Shown here piece after piece: positions 1 through 7,551 of a stretch of 64,000 nt of DNA. The stretch is from a virus. The translations under genes were made by a program, and so were the position numbers. The notes beneath the pieces were generated by a model that was given only the letters and a program-made list of their open reading frames with translations, did no database searches and was not told the origin of the DNA. Numbering within the stretch: the first letter of the stretch is position 1; the number at the start of each line of letters is the position of its first letter. Location: the IMG/VR virus record IMGVR_UViG_3300040959_000809, one strand, 5' to 3'.

Positions 1-1
1 A

Positions 2-133
2 CAACTGCTTGAACAAAGACAAAAAGGATTAGTAATTGTATTCCCTTCCTATATGAAACATAGGGTAACAGAATTAACAAAAGGATCTCGTAAGGCATTG
101 GTATGCTGGATGGAAGGTCCACGGTGGAGGTAA
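2..133 (+). CDS. 2OG-Fe(II) oxygenase, C-terminal end (truncated by window edge)
   Basis: Own translation QLLEQRQKGLVIVFPSYMKHRVTELTKGSRKALVCWMEGPRWR* carries the FPS..HRV...KG.R..LV.W..GP tail of PKHD-type oxygenases. Confidence 0.75.
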   Translation, partial: QLLEQRQKGLVIVFPSYMKHRVTELTKGSRKALVCWMEGPRWR

Positions 134-138
134 CTTAA

Positions 139-366
139 ATGCAAGTTGAAATTGAAGATATTGTTTTGGATGAGATTGTAGCTCAAAGGCTTAAAAGTGA
201 TGCCGAGATTATTGATGGTGATCTCACCCAGCTACAAGAAAAAATGAAAATGGTAGGGCTCACAGATGATGAGGATGTAGAATATATGTGGTTGGTTAAT
301 ACCCTGGATGCCTTGAATACAGCATTAAAGTACTACACTGGTGTTGGTTGGCCACAGAGAGAGTAA
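139..366 (+). CDS. hypothetical protein
   Basis: 75-aa ORF with GGAGG Shine-Dalgarno (SD) upstream. Confidence 0.6.
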   Translation: MQVEIEDIVLDEIVAQRLKSDAEIIDGDLTQLQEKMKMVGLTDDEDVEYMWLVNTLDALNTALKYYTGVGWPQRE

Positions 367-423
367 AAAAGTTAAAATAAATGTAAAAAAATGGTTGACA
401 TTCGTTACTACCTGTGTTATTAT
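365..423 (+). promoter_or_regulatory. early sigma70-type promoter with A-tract UP element
   Basis: aaaaaagttaaaataaatgtaaaaaaatgg TTGACA(395)-N17-TATTAT. Confidence 0.85.
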
Positions 424-450
424 GTATATATGATAACAAAAGGTGATGAT

Positions 451-762
451 ATGACTAAGTTTGAAAAAGAATTGTTCCAGTGGGACGGAATGTACTTAAT
501 GTACAAAGGCGACTACAAAGGTTCAGTATTGATGAACGAAGCTCATCCGGACTGCCACCCTTCATGGATAGGCAAAGTCAAACCTGCATTTATTGCTCGG
601 TTTAAATATGGACAAAAACCTTGGAAATCTTGGGTTAAATGTCTGGTAGAAAACTATACTGTTGAGGGCTATCTGGCTGAGGTTGAAGCAACCAATCCGT
701 TGGAAGCAGTTCAAAAAGTTGGTTATGCTGGCCGTGGTAGATACCTTCGTAAAAAAAGTTAA
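451..762 (+). CDS. hypothetical early protein
   Basis: ORF track 391..762; start moved to ATG 451 because 391-423 is the promoter and AAGGTG SD precedes 451. Confidence 0.65.
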   Translation: MTKFEKELFQWDGMYLMYKGDYKGSVLMNEAHPDCHPSWIGKVKPAFIARFKYGQKPWKSWVKCLVENYTVEGYLAEVEATNPLEAVQKVGYAGRGRYLRKKS

Positions 763-811
763 AATAAATGTAAAAAAATGGTTGACATTTGCTTAGCAGG
801 TGTTATATTAA
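752..811 (+). promoter_or_regulatory. early promoter, copy of same cassette
   Basis: Same UP element, TTGACA at 782, TATATT 16 nt later. Confidence 0.85.
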
Positions 812-839
812 TAGTATAAGGTAAATAAAGGAAAACCAA

Positions 840-1115
840 ATGTCAAGAATTACTCATTTAAACGACGGCTCAATGATCAAAGCAGATGTTGTGGAATCTT
901 TCGACCGTGCGGTTGACAACCCCGAGAACATCAATACCGATGGTTCTATCAATTGGAACTTTGTAGATGCTGATATGAACCTTGACTGTGGTTACTATTC
1001 AGCTTCATATATTGCCGAATGCCTTGACAAACTGGCTGACGATTATGATCTAAACATTGCTTGGGATCGCTTGCAAGTTCTTAAAACTGATTATCTTGGA
1101 ATGGAGGCAGTATAA
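840..1115 (+). CDS. hypothetical early protein
   Basis: 91-aa ORF, AAGGA SD. Confidence 0.65.
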   Translation: MSRITHLNDGSMIKADVVESFDRAVDNPENINTDGSINWNFVDADMNLDCGYYSASYIAECLDKLADDYDLNIAWDRLQVLKTDYLGMEAV

Positions 1116-1345
1116 TGAAACGTCAGTGGGTAGCAGATATGATCCTTGTGGAAGAAGAACAGCGCCGTATTGAACCATATGTATGCGAAGGCGACATGCA
1201 AGCTGAAGTTAAATCAGACATGGGCAAGTGGGCAAAAGCTACTGGTGTTTGGGGGAGCATGCACTACAGTCATATAGTTGAAGCTTATGCTGAGGCTCGT
1301 GGCTGGACTCAAGAAGGCTTTACTGGGCTGGAGGTCTGCGAATAG
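1115..1345 (+). CDS. hypothetical early protein
   Basis: 76-aa ORF coupled to previous stop, GGAGG SD. Confidence 0.6.
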   Translation: MKRQWVADMILVEEEQRRIEPYVCEGDMQAEVKSDMGKWAKATGVWGSMHYSHIVEAYAEARGWTQEGFTGLEVCE

Positions 1346-1814
1346 ACAAGGCCCTGGCCGAGGGATAGAGTTCGTAACTCACCTTATCATCCTGATTACC
1401 ACCTAGAATAACATAATACTCTATACCAGTGACTGAATATGTTGAAATATAAAACCCTACATGGCCTTGCCATTCTGAATTGCCTCTTGGAAACACAATG
1501 ATGTCTCCTCGTTCTGGTTCAGATACTTTTTCACCCCAGAGCAAGAAACTTCTTGCCATCAAGGGATGTTCACTAACAGATTCAGATCCTGGTATATTGT
1601 TAACCTCTAGTACAGAATTTACAAATGCAGCACACCATTCATATCGGACTGGATCTAAACCAAGAAATTGCTTTAACTCTGCTCGGTCCTTAGTTTCGCT
1701 AGAGTGTAAAAACTCTCGAGCTGTTTTGATTGAGTCCGTAGTAGGATTCTCCAGCTCTAATTGCTCACAACCGGAAACTACAAAGAGAAATGGGATTAAT
1801 AAATGAAGACGCAT
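1320..1814 (-). CDS. TIGR02594-family (NlpC/P60-like) lipoprotein, putative peptidoglycan hydrolase
   Basis: Lipobox-like leader MRLHLLIPFLFVVSGC; WCAAFVNSVL catalytic Cys, GDIIVF, QGHVGFY, LGGNQDD motifs. Confidence 0.75.
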   Translation of the reverse strand: MRLHLLIPFLFVVSGCEQLELENPTTDSIKTAREFLHSSETKDRAELKQFLGLDPVRYEWCAAFVNSVLEVNNIPGSESVSEHPLMARSFLLWGEKVSEPERGDIIVFPRGNSEWQGHVGFYISTYSVTGIEYYVILGGNQDDKVSYELYPSARALSIRRPPAQ

Positions 1815-1820
1815 TTTTTG

Positions 1821-1849
1821 TTGACATACCAATCATAATGGGTTATAGT
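1821..1849 (+). promoter_or_regulatory. early promoter
   Basis: TTGACA-N17-TATAGT. Confidence 0.75.
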
Positions 1850-1905
1850 AATATTAATGTGCAACTTTATTTATTGGTCCGAGAAGGATTACAGAGGAAG
1901 AAAAA

Positions 1906-2367
1906 ATGAAAAATAAATTAATTGCTTTTGCCTTGGCAGGATCCATATGTACACCTGCATTTGCGGATACCGTTGCCAAGGTTCGTGATGTCTATATTGA
2001 CATTGAGCAGAGTACTCCTTTACAGGAAAGACGTTGTCGAAAAGTTGAGGTGCCTGTGTATGAGAGACAGCAAACAGAAGGTGACGCAGCCGGTGGTGCA
2101 TTGCTAGGTATGATCCTTGGTGGTGTAATTGGCAAAAGTGTTACAGGTGACGACGGTGGTGCCGCAGCAGGAGCAGTAATGGGTGGCCTTATTGGTGCTG
2201 ATAAAGGTTCACAACAAGGTAAAAATGTTATCGTTGGCTATAAGGAAAGCACACATTGTGATTATGTGACTACATGGAAAACTTCTACTGTAACAGAATA
2301 TAGCCACAGTGAGGTTACTTTTAAAACTGATGGAAAGGTATATACTCTGCGATTTTTAAAAGATTAG
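1906..2367 (+). CDS. glycine-zipper 2TM exported/surface protein
   Basis: Signal peptide plus GALLGMILGGVIG...GAAAGAVMGGLIG glycine zipper. Confidence 0.75.
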   Translation: MKNKLIAFALAGSICTPAFADTVAKVRDVYIDIEQSTPLQERRCRKVEVPVYERQQTEGDAAGGALLGMILGGVIGKSVTGDDGGAAAGAVMGGLIGADKGSQQGKNVIVGYKESTHCDYVTTWKTSTVTEYSHSEVTFKTDGKVYTLRFLKD

Positions 2368-2411
2368 CAGGCTTCTAAATAGATTTGTTATTAATAAAGT
2401 GAGGAAAAAAT

Positions 2412-3224
2412 ATGAAAACAATTGCAGTATTTGGTTGTGGCTTTGTTGGCGGCACAACAGCTGAGTTTTTGGAAATGACTGGCTCTAAGGTAATTAGAGT
2501 TGATCCCGTAAAATATCCTGATACAATACCAGAGATTGCTATCAGCAAGGCAGACGGAATTATAATTGCAGTCCCTACTCCTATGGGAGATGATGGTCGT
2601 TGTGATGATTCCATTGTTCGAAGTCTCTTTAAAAAGATGGGCCCGAAAAAGCGTATTCTCTTAAAAAGCACAGTAACGATGGATAATATTGCAGACTATC
2701 CAAAGAACGTAGTTTACAATCCTGAGTTTCTTCGTGAACGGTGTGCAATGGAAGACTTTAAGGCAGCAGAGTTTCAAATTTTTGGATCAGCCGATAAAGG
2801 CAACAGCCTTGCGGATACAATGTGGTGGGCTGATTTGTTTGAAGACTCTTATAAAGTCTTAGGTAGGTTTATCGAATCTGTATTTACAGATAGAGCAACC
2901 GCAAGTATGATTAAATATGTACACAATTCATGGTTGGCAACAAAGGTTGCATGGTTTCATGAACTCTATGCAAATTTGCCAGAGGGCATTGACTATAAGT
3001 CACTGACTGCTACTCTTGGTATGTTTGAGCGTATTGGTCCTGATATGATGGCAGCACCTAATCATGAAGGAAGTCTGGGTTATGGTGGAGCTTGTTTCCC
3101 TAAGGATGTGAGTGCTCTATTGCAGATACTACCTCATTCAATTTTGGAAAAGGTTCACTCAACTAATTCTGAATTAAATAAATTCAGAGCAGAGCATAAG
3201 GAAACTGTATTGGAGGTAGCATGA
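2412..3224 (+). CDS. ugd: UDP-glucose/GDP-mannose 6-dehydrogenase family (short form)
   Basis: GCGFVG Rossmann, VPTP, NPEFLRE, GYGGACFPKD motifs. Confidence 0.85.
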   Translation: MKTIAVFGCGFVGGTTAEFLEMTGSKVIRVDPVKYPDTIPEIAISKADGIIIAVPTPMGDDGRCDDSIVRSLFKKMGPKKRILLKSTVTMDNIADYPKNVVYNPEFLRERCAMEDFKAAEFQIFGSADKGNSLADTMWWADLFEDSYKVLGRFIESVFTDRATASMIKYVHNSWLATKVAWFHELYANLPEGIDYKSLTATLGMFERIGPDMMAAPNHEGSLGYGGACFPKDVSALLQILPHSILEKVHSTNSELNKFRAEHKETVLEVA

Positions 3225-3334
3225 ATCTAATAAAAGTTTTATTTTACAGAATGCTATTCTGGAATCATTCTTTTTTGGAAAACATCGTGATTGCATTCAT
3301 GCTGTTAGCAATGATAGGGTTGGCTTATATTTAA
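3221..3334 (+). CDS. small membrane protein (37 aa)
   Basis: Own translation MNLIKVLFYRMLFWNHSFLENIVIAFMLLAMIGLAYI; GGAGG SD; ATGA overlap with ugd stop. Confidence 0.45.
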   Translation: MNLIKVLFYRMLFWNHSFLENIVIAFMLLAMIGLAYI

Positions 3335-3351
3335 GCCAACCCTTCCAATAC

Positions 3352-3684
3352 TTATTTTTTGGCAGAATATGCATTCGCACCAAAGAATACTGATACCAAG
3401 GCAGAAATAGCAACAAAGTATGTTGGCGCAATATCACCCACAATACCTGCGGCTCCGTCTAGTCCTAGATAAGCTGTAAACATAATGGTAGCTGGATAGA
3501 GCAACATTCCAAACAATGCAAACCATGTCATTTTACGCATGGCATCCCTTTGAGCATCTTGATCTTCTAGTTCTCTCCGTTTGAATTCTAGATGCATGTT
3601 CATTTCTTCTTTTGAAATGTGTCCGTCACCGTTTGCGTCAACTCCTTCTACAGCATCCGCATCAATCGTTTTCTTTGCAGCCAT
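3352..3684 (-). CDS. EF-hand-containing two-TM membrane protein
   Basis: DANGDGHISKEE EF-hand loop then two hydrophobic helices; AAGGAGG SD on minus strand. Confidence 0.7.
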   Translation of the reverse strand: MAAKKTIDADAVEGVDANGDGHISKEEMNMHLEFKRRELEDQDAQRDAMRKMTWFALFGMLLYPATIMFTAYLGLDGAAGIVGDIAPTYFVAISALVSVFFGANAYSAKK

Positions 3685-3731
3685 TGTGCAACCTCCTTTT
3701 TATTATGTTTTTTATGCACTTGCACAAATTT

Positions 3732-3739
3732 TATTTATA
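3732..3739 (-). promoter_or_regulatory. T4-type late promoter (TATAAATA)
   Basis: tatttata on + strand, about 47 nt upstream of the 3684 start. Confidence 0.65.
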
Positions 3740-3787
3740 AAAAAATTAAAATAATGGTTGACATTCGCTCTGGATGGTATATATTAG
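3740..3787 (+). promoter_or_regulatory. early promoter
   Basis: A-tract, atgg TTGACA(3758), TATATT. Confidence 0.8.
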
Positions 3788-3811
3788 TACTATAAACAGA
3801 AAGGATACACA

Positions 3812-3985
3812 ATGGAAATGTTTAAAAGATTCTATGAAATCACAGTCACATCTCCTGAAGGAAAACTTCTACATAAGTCAGAAGAATATTCTGGTTATTC
3901 AACATCTGAAGAACTAATGTATCTTGATAGAAAATATCCTGATTGTAAAGTTGAAGCTGAATTCAAAGAACTTCAAATCTCATAG
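3812..3985 (+). CDS. hypothetical early protein (57 aa, below track cutoff)
   Basis: Own translation MEMFKRFYEITVTSPEGK...; AAGGA SD. Confidence 0.55.
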   Translation: MEMFKRFYEITVTSPEGKLLHKSEEYSGYSTSEELMYLDRKYPDCKVEAEFKELQIS

Positions 3986-4075
3986 GAAAAAAATGAAAAT
4001 AAATGCAAATAAATGGTTGACATTTGCTATAGATGGTGTATATTAATACTATAAGGTGAAAACAAAGGAACTAAC
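3986..4075 (+). promoter_or_regulatory. early promoter plus leader cassette, near-identical to 63770-63857
   Basis: aaatgcaaataaatggTTGACAtttgct..gatggt.tatattaatactataaggtgaaaacaaaggaa shared by both copies. Confidence 0.85.
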
Positions 4076-4333
4076 ATGTCTATTCAGAAACTTATCGATC
4101 AAACTCACAGCTACTTTGTAGAAGCACAAGGTACAGACCTTGCTGATCTATATAAAGGTGATCTATCTGATTTCCAAGCAGTACAATGGATGATTAATTC
4201 GGATGACATTGATGATGCCGTCGCAAAAATCGATAATATGGATACGGAACCACGTGAGCAGATCATGTTGGCTATTGCGGATGAGTATGGTAATGGATAT
4301 GTAGAAACTGTAATAGGCTATGAGGTAGCATAA
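4076..4333 (+). CDS. hypothetical early protein, paralogue of a module in the 26392 polyprotein
   Basis: DF...M..S...V...D..DTEPRE....GN..V...G pattern shared with ORF 26392. Confidence 0.7.
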   Translation: MSIQKLIDQTHSYFVEAQGTDLADLYKGDLSDFQAVQWMINSDDIDDAVAKIDNMDTEPREQIMLAIADEYGNGYVETVIGYEVA

Positions 4334-4346
4334 ATTAAAATGATTA

Positions 4347-4423
4347 CTCGGTGTAGCGCAGTCTGGTAGCGCATTTGGTTTGGGACCAAAGGGTCGGGAG
4401 TTCGAATCTCTCCACCGAGACCA
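4347..4423 (+). tRNA. tRNA-Pro(UGG)
   Basis: CTCGGTG/CACCGAG acceptor stem, GCGC D-stem, TTTGG-TT(TGG)GA-CCAAA anticodon arm, TTCGAAT T-loop, encoded CCA. Confidence 0.97.
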
Positions 4424-4451
4424 CTGACACAACTCTTTTGGAGACTTTATT

Positions 4452-4616
4452 ATGACTGAACTTATGACTGATATTGATGTTATTGAATCTGCATTAATCG
4501 CCTTTAACGAAGGTGCCAGCGATGAGAAATATGCGGCACTTTACTCTTTGGAAAAACTTCTGTTGGAAAAGAAGGACATGGTTGCAAAATTTGAAGCAAC
4601 TGCATGTGACTTATAG
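4452..4616 (+). CDS. hypothetical protein (54 aa)
   Basis: Own translation MTELMTDIDVIESALIAFNEGASDEKY...; GGAG SD. Confidence 0.5.
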   Translation: MTELMTDIDVIESALIAFNEGASDEKYAALYSLEKLLLEKKDMVAKFEATACDL

Positions 4617-4669
4617 GTCACATAATGATGTTATATATTGACTTTTGATGTATAACATCATAAATACTA

Positions 4670-4980
4670 TGTAATCGTTGATACGATTCAACGCATGGAC
4701 TGGACCGGGGGGCAATACCCCGCAGCTCCACCATAAACACACTGAGAACGTGCAAGCGTCAGTAAGTCTATAAAGGGTCGCAACCTTGAGCAACAGTGTG
4801 TTTTTGATGGGGCTGAACTAGGATCGACAGGTGTGTAGAGATGAGAGTAGATTACCGTGGTGGCTTACGACATTCGGCCAAACAAACTAAATGCAAACGA
4901 TAATGTTGCACCTTCAGGTTACGCACTAGCGGCATAAGCTGACGGGCTGGTCACTTGCCTCGGAACAGAAAAGTGACACT
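4670..4980 (+). ncRNA. ssrA: two-piece (circularly permuted) tmRNA; outer ends approximate
   Basis: T-arm/acceptor piece ...ccggggggcaataccccgcagctccACCA ends 4733, upstream of the GGGGCTGAA..GGATCGAC 5' end at 4809; tag frame 4893-4937 = ANDNVAPSGYALAA*. Confidence 0.93.
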
Positions 4981-4990
4981 TTATTCTAAT

Positions 4991-5021
4991 GACTCGTCAG
5001 TACTGACGGGTCTTTATTTTT
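4991..5021 (+). terminator. intrinsic terminator
   Basis: gactcgtcag-ta-ctgacgggtc hairpin followed by T-run. Confidence 0.75.
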
Positions 5022-5049
5022 CTTAATACACACAAGGAGATTTTCAAGG

Positions 5050-5835
5050 ATGAAAAATCTATTTTTAACTACAGCAGCGATGGCTTTGATGACCTCAGCT
5101 GCCTTTGCCGCAGATGTCACTGGTGAAATTCAATTGGACTTTACACAAAACGCAGCTGATGATATTGTTGCCAACCAAACACTAGAACTTGGTGTTGATG
5201 CAATGGCAGGAAATGCCGGCATTGGATTTGCAATGAACGGAGATACTGTAGAGGTTGATTCGTGGCATGTGGGAATGTCAACAGGAGATATTGCCTTCTC
5301 ATTTGGTGATCAGGGTGACTTGCTAGGTGACTTTGGTGGAATCACAGAAAACGCAGGCGGGACAACTTTGGCCAATCCAGCTGATGATGGTGAAAGTCTA
5401 ATCGCAAGTGCATATGGCGCAAGCATTATGGTTGGTCTTACTGATATGACAGCTGATGTGACTGACGTAAAAAATGTACAAGCTACATATGGCATGGATG
5501 CAGCCGGGATTGACATCGGTGTAGGTTTGGACTATAACCTAGATTCAGAGGAATTTATCTACATGGGCTTTGGCGGAGCAACTCGTTCCATCGCAGGTAC
5601 TGAGGCTAGCATCGGAACTACTTTTACTTATGGTGCCGAAACCTTTGCTTATGAAACAGATGTAACTGTATTTGGTGTTACAGGTTTTGTCAACGGCGAT
5701 GAAAACGACAGCTTACAAAATGTAGGTGGTGGTTACTACACCAATGTACAAGGTTTGGATGTGTATGCTGAAACTGCATATAACCTTGATAGCGAAGAGT
5801 GGACCCCATCCACGGGTGTTGCGTTCTCGTTCTAA
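5050..5835 (+). CDS. outer-membrane porin, alphaproteobacterial/Rhodobacter type
   Basis: Signal peptide ending AAFA; alternating beta-strand pattern, acidic; C-terminal Phe (GVAFSF). Confidence 0.7.
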   Translation: MKNLFLTTAAMALMTSAAFAADVTGEIQLDFTQNAADDIVANQTLELGVDAMAGNAGIGFAMNGDTVEVDSWHVGMSTGDIAFSFGDQGDLLGDFGGITENAGGTTLANPADDGESLIASAYGASIMVGLTDMTADVTDVKNVQATYGMDAAGIDIGVGLDYNLDSEEFIYMGFGGATRSIAGTEASIGTTFTYGAETFAYETDVTVFGVTGFVNGDENDSLQNVGGGYYTNVQGLDVYAETAYNLDSEEWTPSTGVAFSF

Positions 5836-5851
5836 AGAATAAATACACACA

Positions 5852-5879
5852 CAAGGTGGGCAGGATTCTTGCCCCCTTG
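5852..5879 (+). terminator. hairpin after porin
   Basis: caaggtgggcaggattcttgcccccttg inverted repeat. Confidence 0.55.
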
Positions 5880-5884
5880 TACCT

Positions 5885-5892
5885 TATAAATA
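5885..5892 (+). promoter_or_regulatory. T4-type late promoter
   Basis: Exact TATAAATA 64 nt upstream of hemO. Confidence 0.7.
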
Positions 5893-5955
5893 AGTTCAAA
5901 AGTTGCACGAGCGAACTTTGTAATTAACACTCACAATTTGGAGGAATTAGATTTT

Positions 5956-6573
5956 ATGGCAAACAACTTAAAAGAACTTACCTGGGAACATCACAAATCA
6001 GCAGAACGTACTGAATTTACTCAAATTTTGCTAGGTGGTGAAATTAGCCCAGAACTTTATCACAAATATCTTTGCAGCCAATTAATTTGTTATACTGCAC
6101 TTGAAGAGGCGGTGACATTGCCAACAGAATTTCAATCTGTATTCAGACAAACTGGATTAGAGGAAGATATTGCGGAATTAGAAAGCATTTATGGTATTGA
6201 ACCATGGGATGAACCTTTACCAGCGGTAATTGAATATGTTGAGCATATAGGTTATCTTGCGAAAAATAACGACAACAATGGTCTTTTGGCTCACCTATAT
6301 GTTCGCCATTTTGGTGATATGAGCGGTGGACAAATTATCAGAACCAAGGTTCCAGGCGATGGTACATTCTATGATTTTGATGACATTGATACATTAAAAT
6401 CTGGTATTAGAGAATTGTTGAATAATGATATGGCTGTAGAAGCTGGCATTTGTTTCCAATATGCTGAGCAAATGTTTGGTGAATTGCTGGATTGCACTCC
6501 ATATTATTTTAATACTGAATATGCAATGGCGGAAGGCTTACCATATGATGTCGCTGATGGTGAAGAAGAATAG
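5956..6573 (+). CDS. hemO: heme oxygenase
   Basis: LKELTWEHHKSAE proximal His; AHLYVRHFGDMSGGQII distal helix; start at 5956 after GGAGG. Confidence 0.92.
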   Translation: MANNLKELTWEHHKSAERTEFTQILLGGEISPELYHKYLCSQLICYTALEEAVTLPTEFQSVFRQTGLEEDIAELESIYGIEPWDEPLPAVIEYVEHIGYLAKNNDNNGLLAHLYVRHFGDMSGGQIIRTKVPGDGTFYDFDDIDTLKSGIRELLNNDMAVEAGICFQYAEQMFGELLDCTPYYFNTEYAMAEGLPYDVADGEEE

Positions 6574-6576
6574 CAT

Positions 6577-7254
6577 ATGGAAATAGTAAAAAAATTAAAT
6601 AAATTTACGGCCGACACAAAGACACTTTTTTCCAATAATATGGAAAGAACTATGCCCGATTATAGAGTCGAGCAATTCCCTGGATGGTCGGATCAGTTTT
6701 GGAAAAAGCCAGGATTGATTAGAAAATGTCATTTAAAAACAATAGATCTAATTGAAGAACGAAACCTTTGGCTTCTGCATATTAATATCTTTCCAGAGTT
6801 CGGGCTTGATTTGCCTATATTAGGATGTGATGTAGTTGCAGGGCCGAATAAAATTAGCGGTTCGTTCTTTGATTTCTCACCTATTATCAAACAACACCAT
6901 CCAATGATTAAGCACTTTGCAGAACAAACTGGTGGGGTGTCTTGGAAACGAGAAAGAAAATTGCCACCGTGGGCCACAAAAATCTTTTCAAACCATATGG
7001 TCGCTGCTGGTGCGGTTCGTAATGAAGAGGTGGATCAGTTCACACAGTTGACATATTCTCTTATGGAATACTATCTCTTACAGATGGAAACTCTTGCCGA
7101 GAATACTAAATTGGATACAAAGGCGGTCCAGAATAACTATTGCAAAAATCAGAAAAAGAATCCTAAGCTACACAGTTCAATTGCTGCAATGGGGATTCCA
7201 GAGCATAAGAAAGATTATTATGTAGATCGAATTCTTTTTGAAGAAATTGGTTGA
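6577..7254 (+). CDS. pcyX: ferredoxin-dependent bilin reductase (PcyX/PcyA type)
   Basis: WLLHINIFP, LPILGCDVVAG, DFSP, R.LPPWA.KIFS, QNNYCKNQKKNP motifs; adjacent to hemO. Confidence 0.85.
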   Translation: MEIVKKLNKFTADTKTLFSNNMERTMPDYRVEQFPGWSDQFWKKPGLIRKCHLKTIDLIEERNLWLLHINIFPEFGLDLPILGCDVVAGPNKISGSFFDFSPIIKQHHPMIKHFAEQTGGVSWKRERKLPPWATKIFSNHMVAAGAVRNEEVDQFTQLTYSLMEYYLLQMETLAENTKLDTKAVQNNYCKNQKKNPKLHSSIAAMGIPEHKKDYYVDRILFEEIG

Positions 7255-7279
7255 CATTTCTTATAGTACGTGATATAGT
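7251..7279 (+). promoter_or_regulatory. sigma70-type promoter for gp33-gp59-gp32
   Basis: TTGACA-N17-TATAGT. Confidence 0.75.
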
Positions 7280-7314
7280 AATAGTATTACCAATCAAATA
7301 GGAGATAGGTTTTT

Positions 7315-7551
7315 ATGGTCGTTACTATGACACCTGAAAAAATACATCATGCAATATCGACAATGGTTTCTCAAGGTGTTCCTTATATTGACGCGCTAGT
7401 GACATACGCAGAAAATAATGGACTTGAAATTGAAACTATTGCTGCTATAATAAAGAAATCCTCTATACTTAAGGAAAAAGTACGTTCAGAGGCAGTTCAG
7501 TTGAGAATGGTGAAAAAAGATGAAAATGACCTCACCGACATTTGCGAATGA
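7315..7551 (+). CDS. gp33: late transcription co-activator gp33
   Basis: YIDALVTYAENNGLEIETIAAII...LKEKVRSEA pattern; T4 33-59-32 synteny. Confidence 0.85.
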   Translation: MVVTMTPEKIHHAISTMVSQGVPYIDALVTYAENNGLEIETIAAIIKKSSILKEKVRSEAVQLRMVKKDENDLTDICE

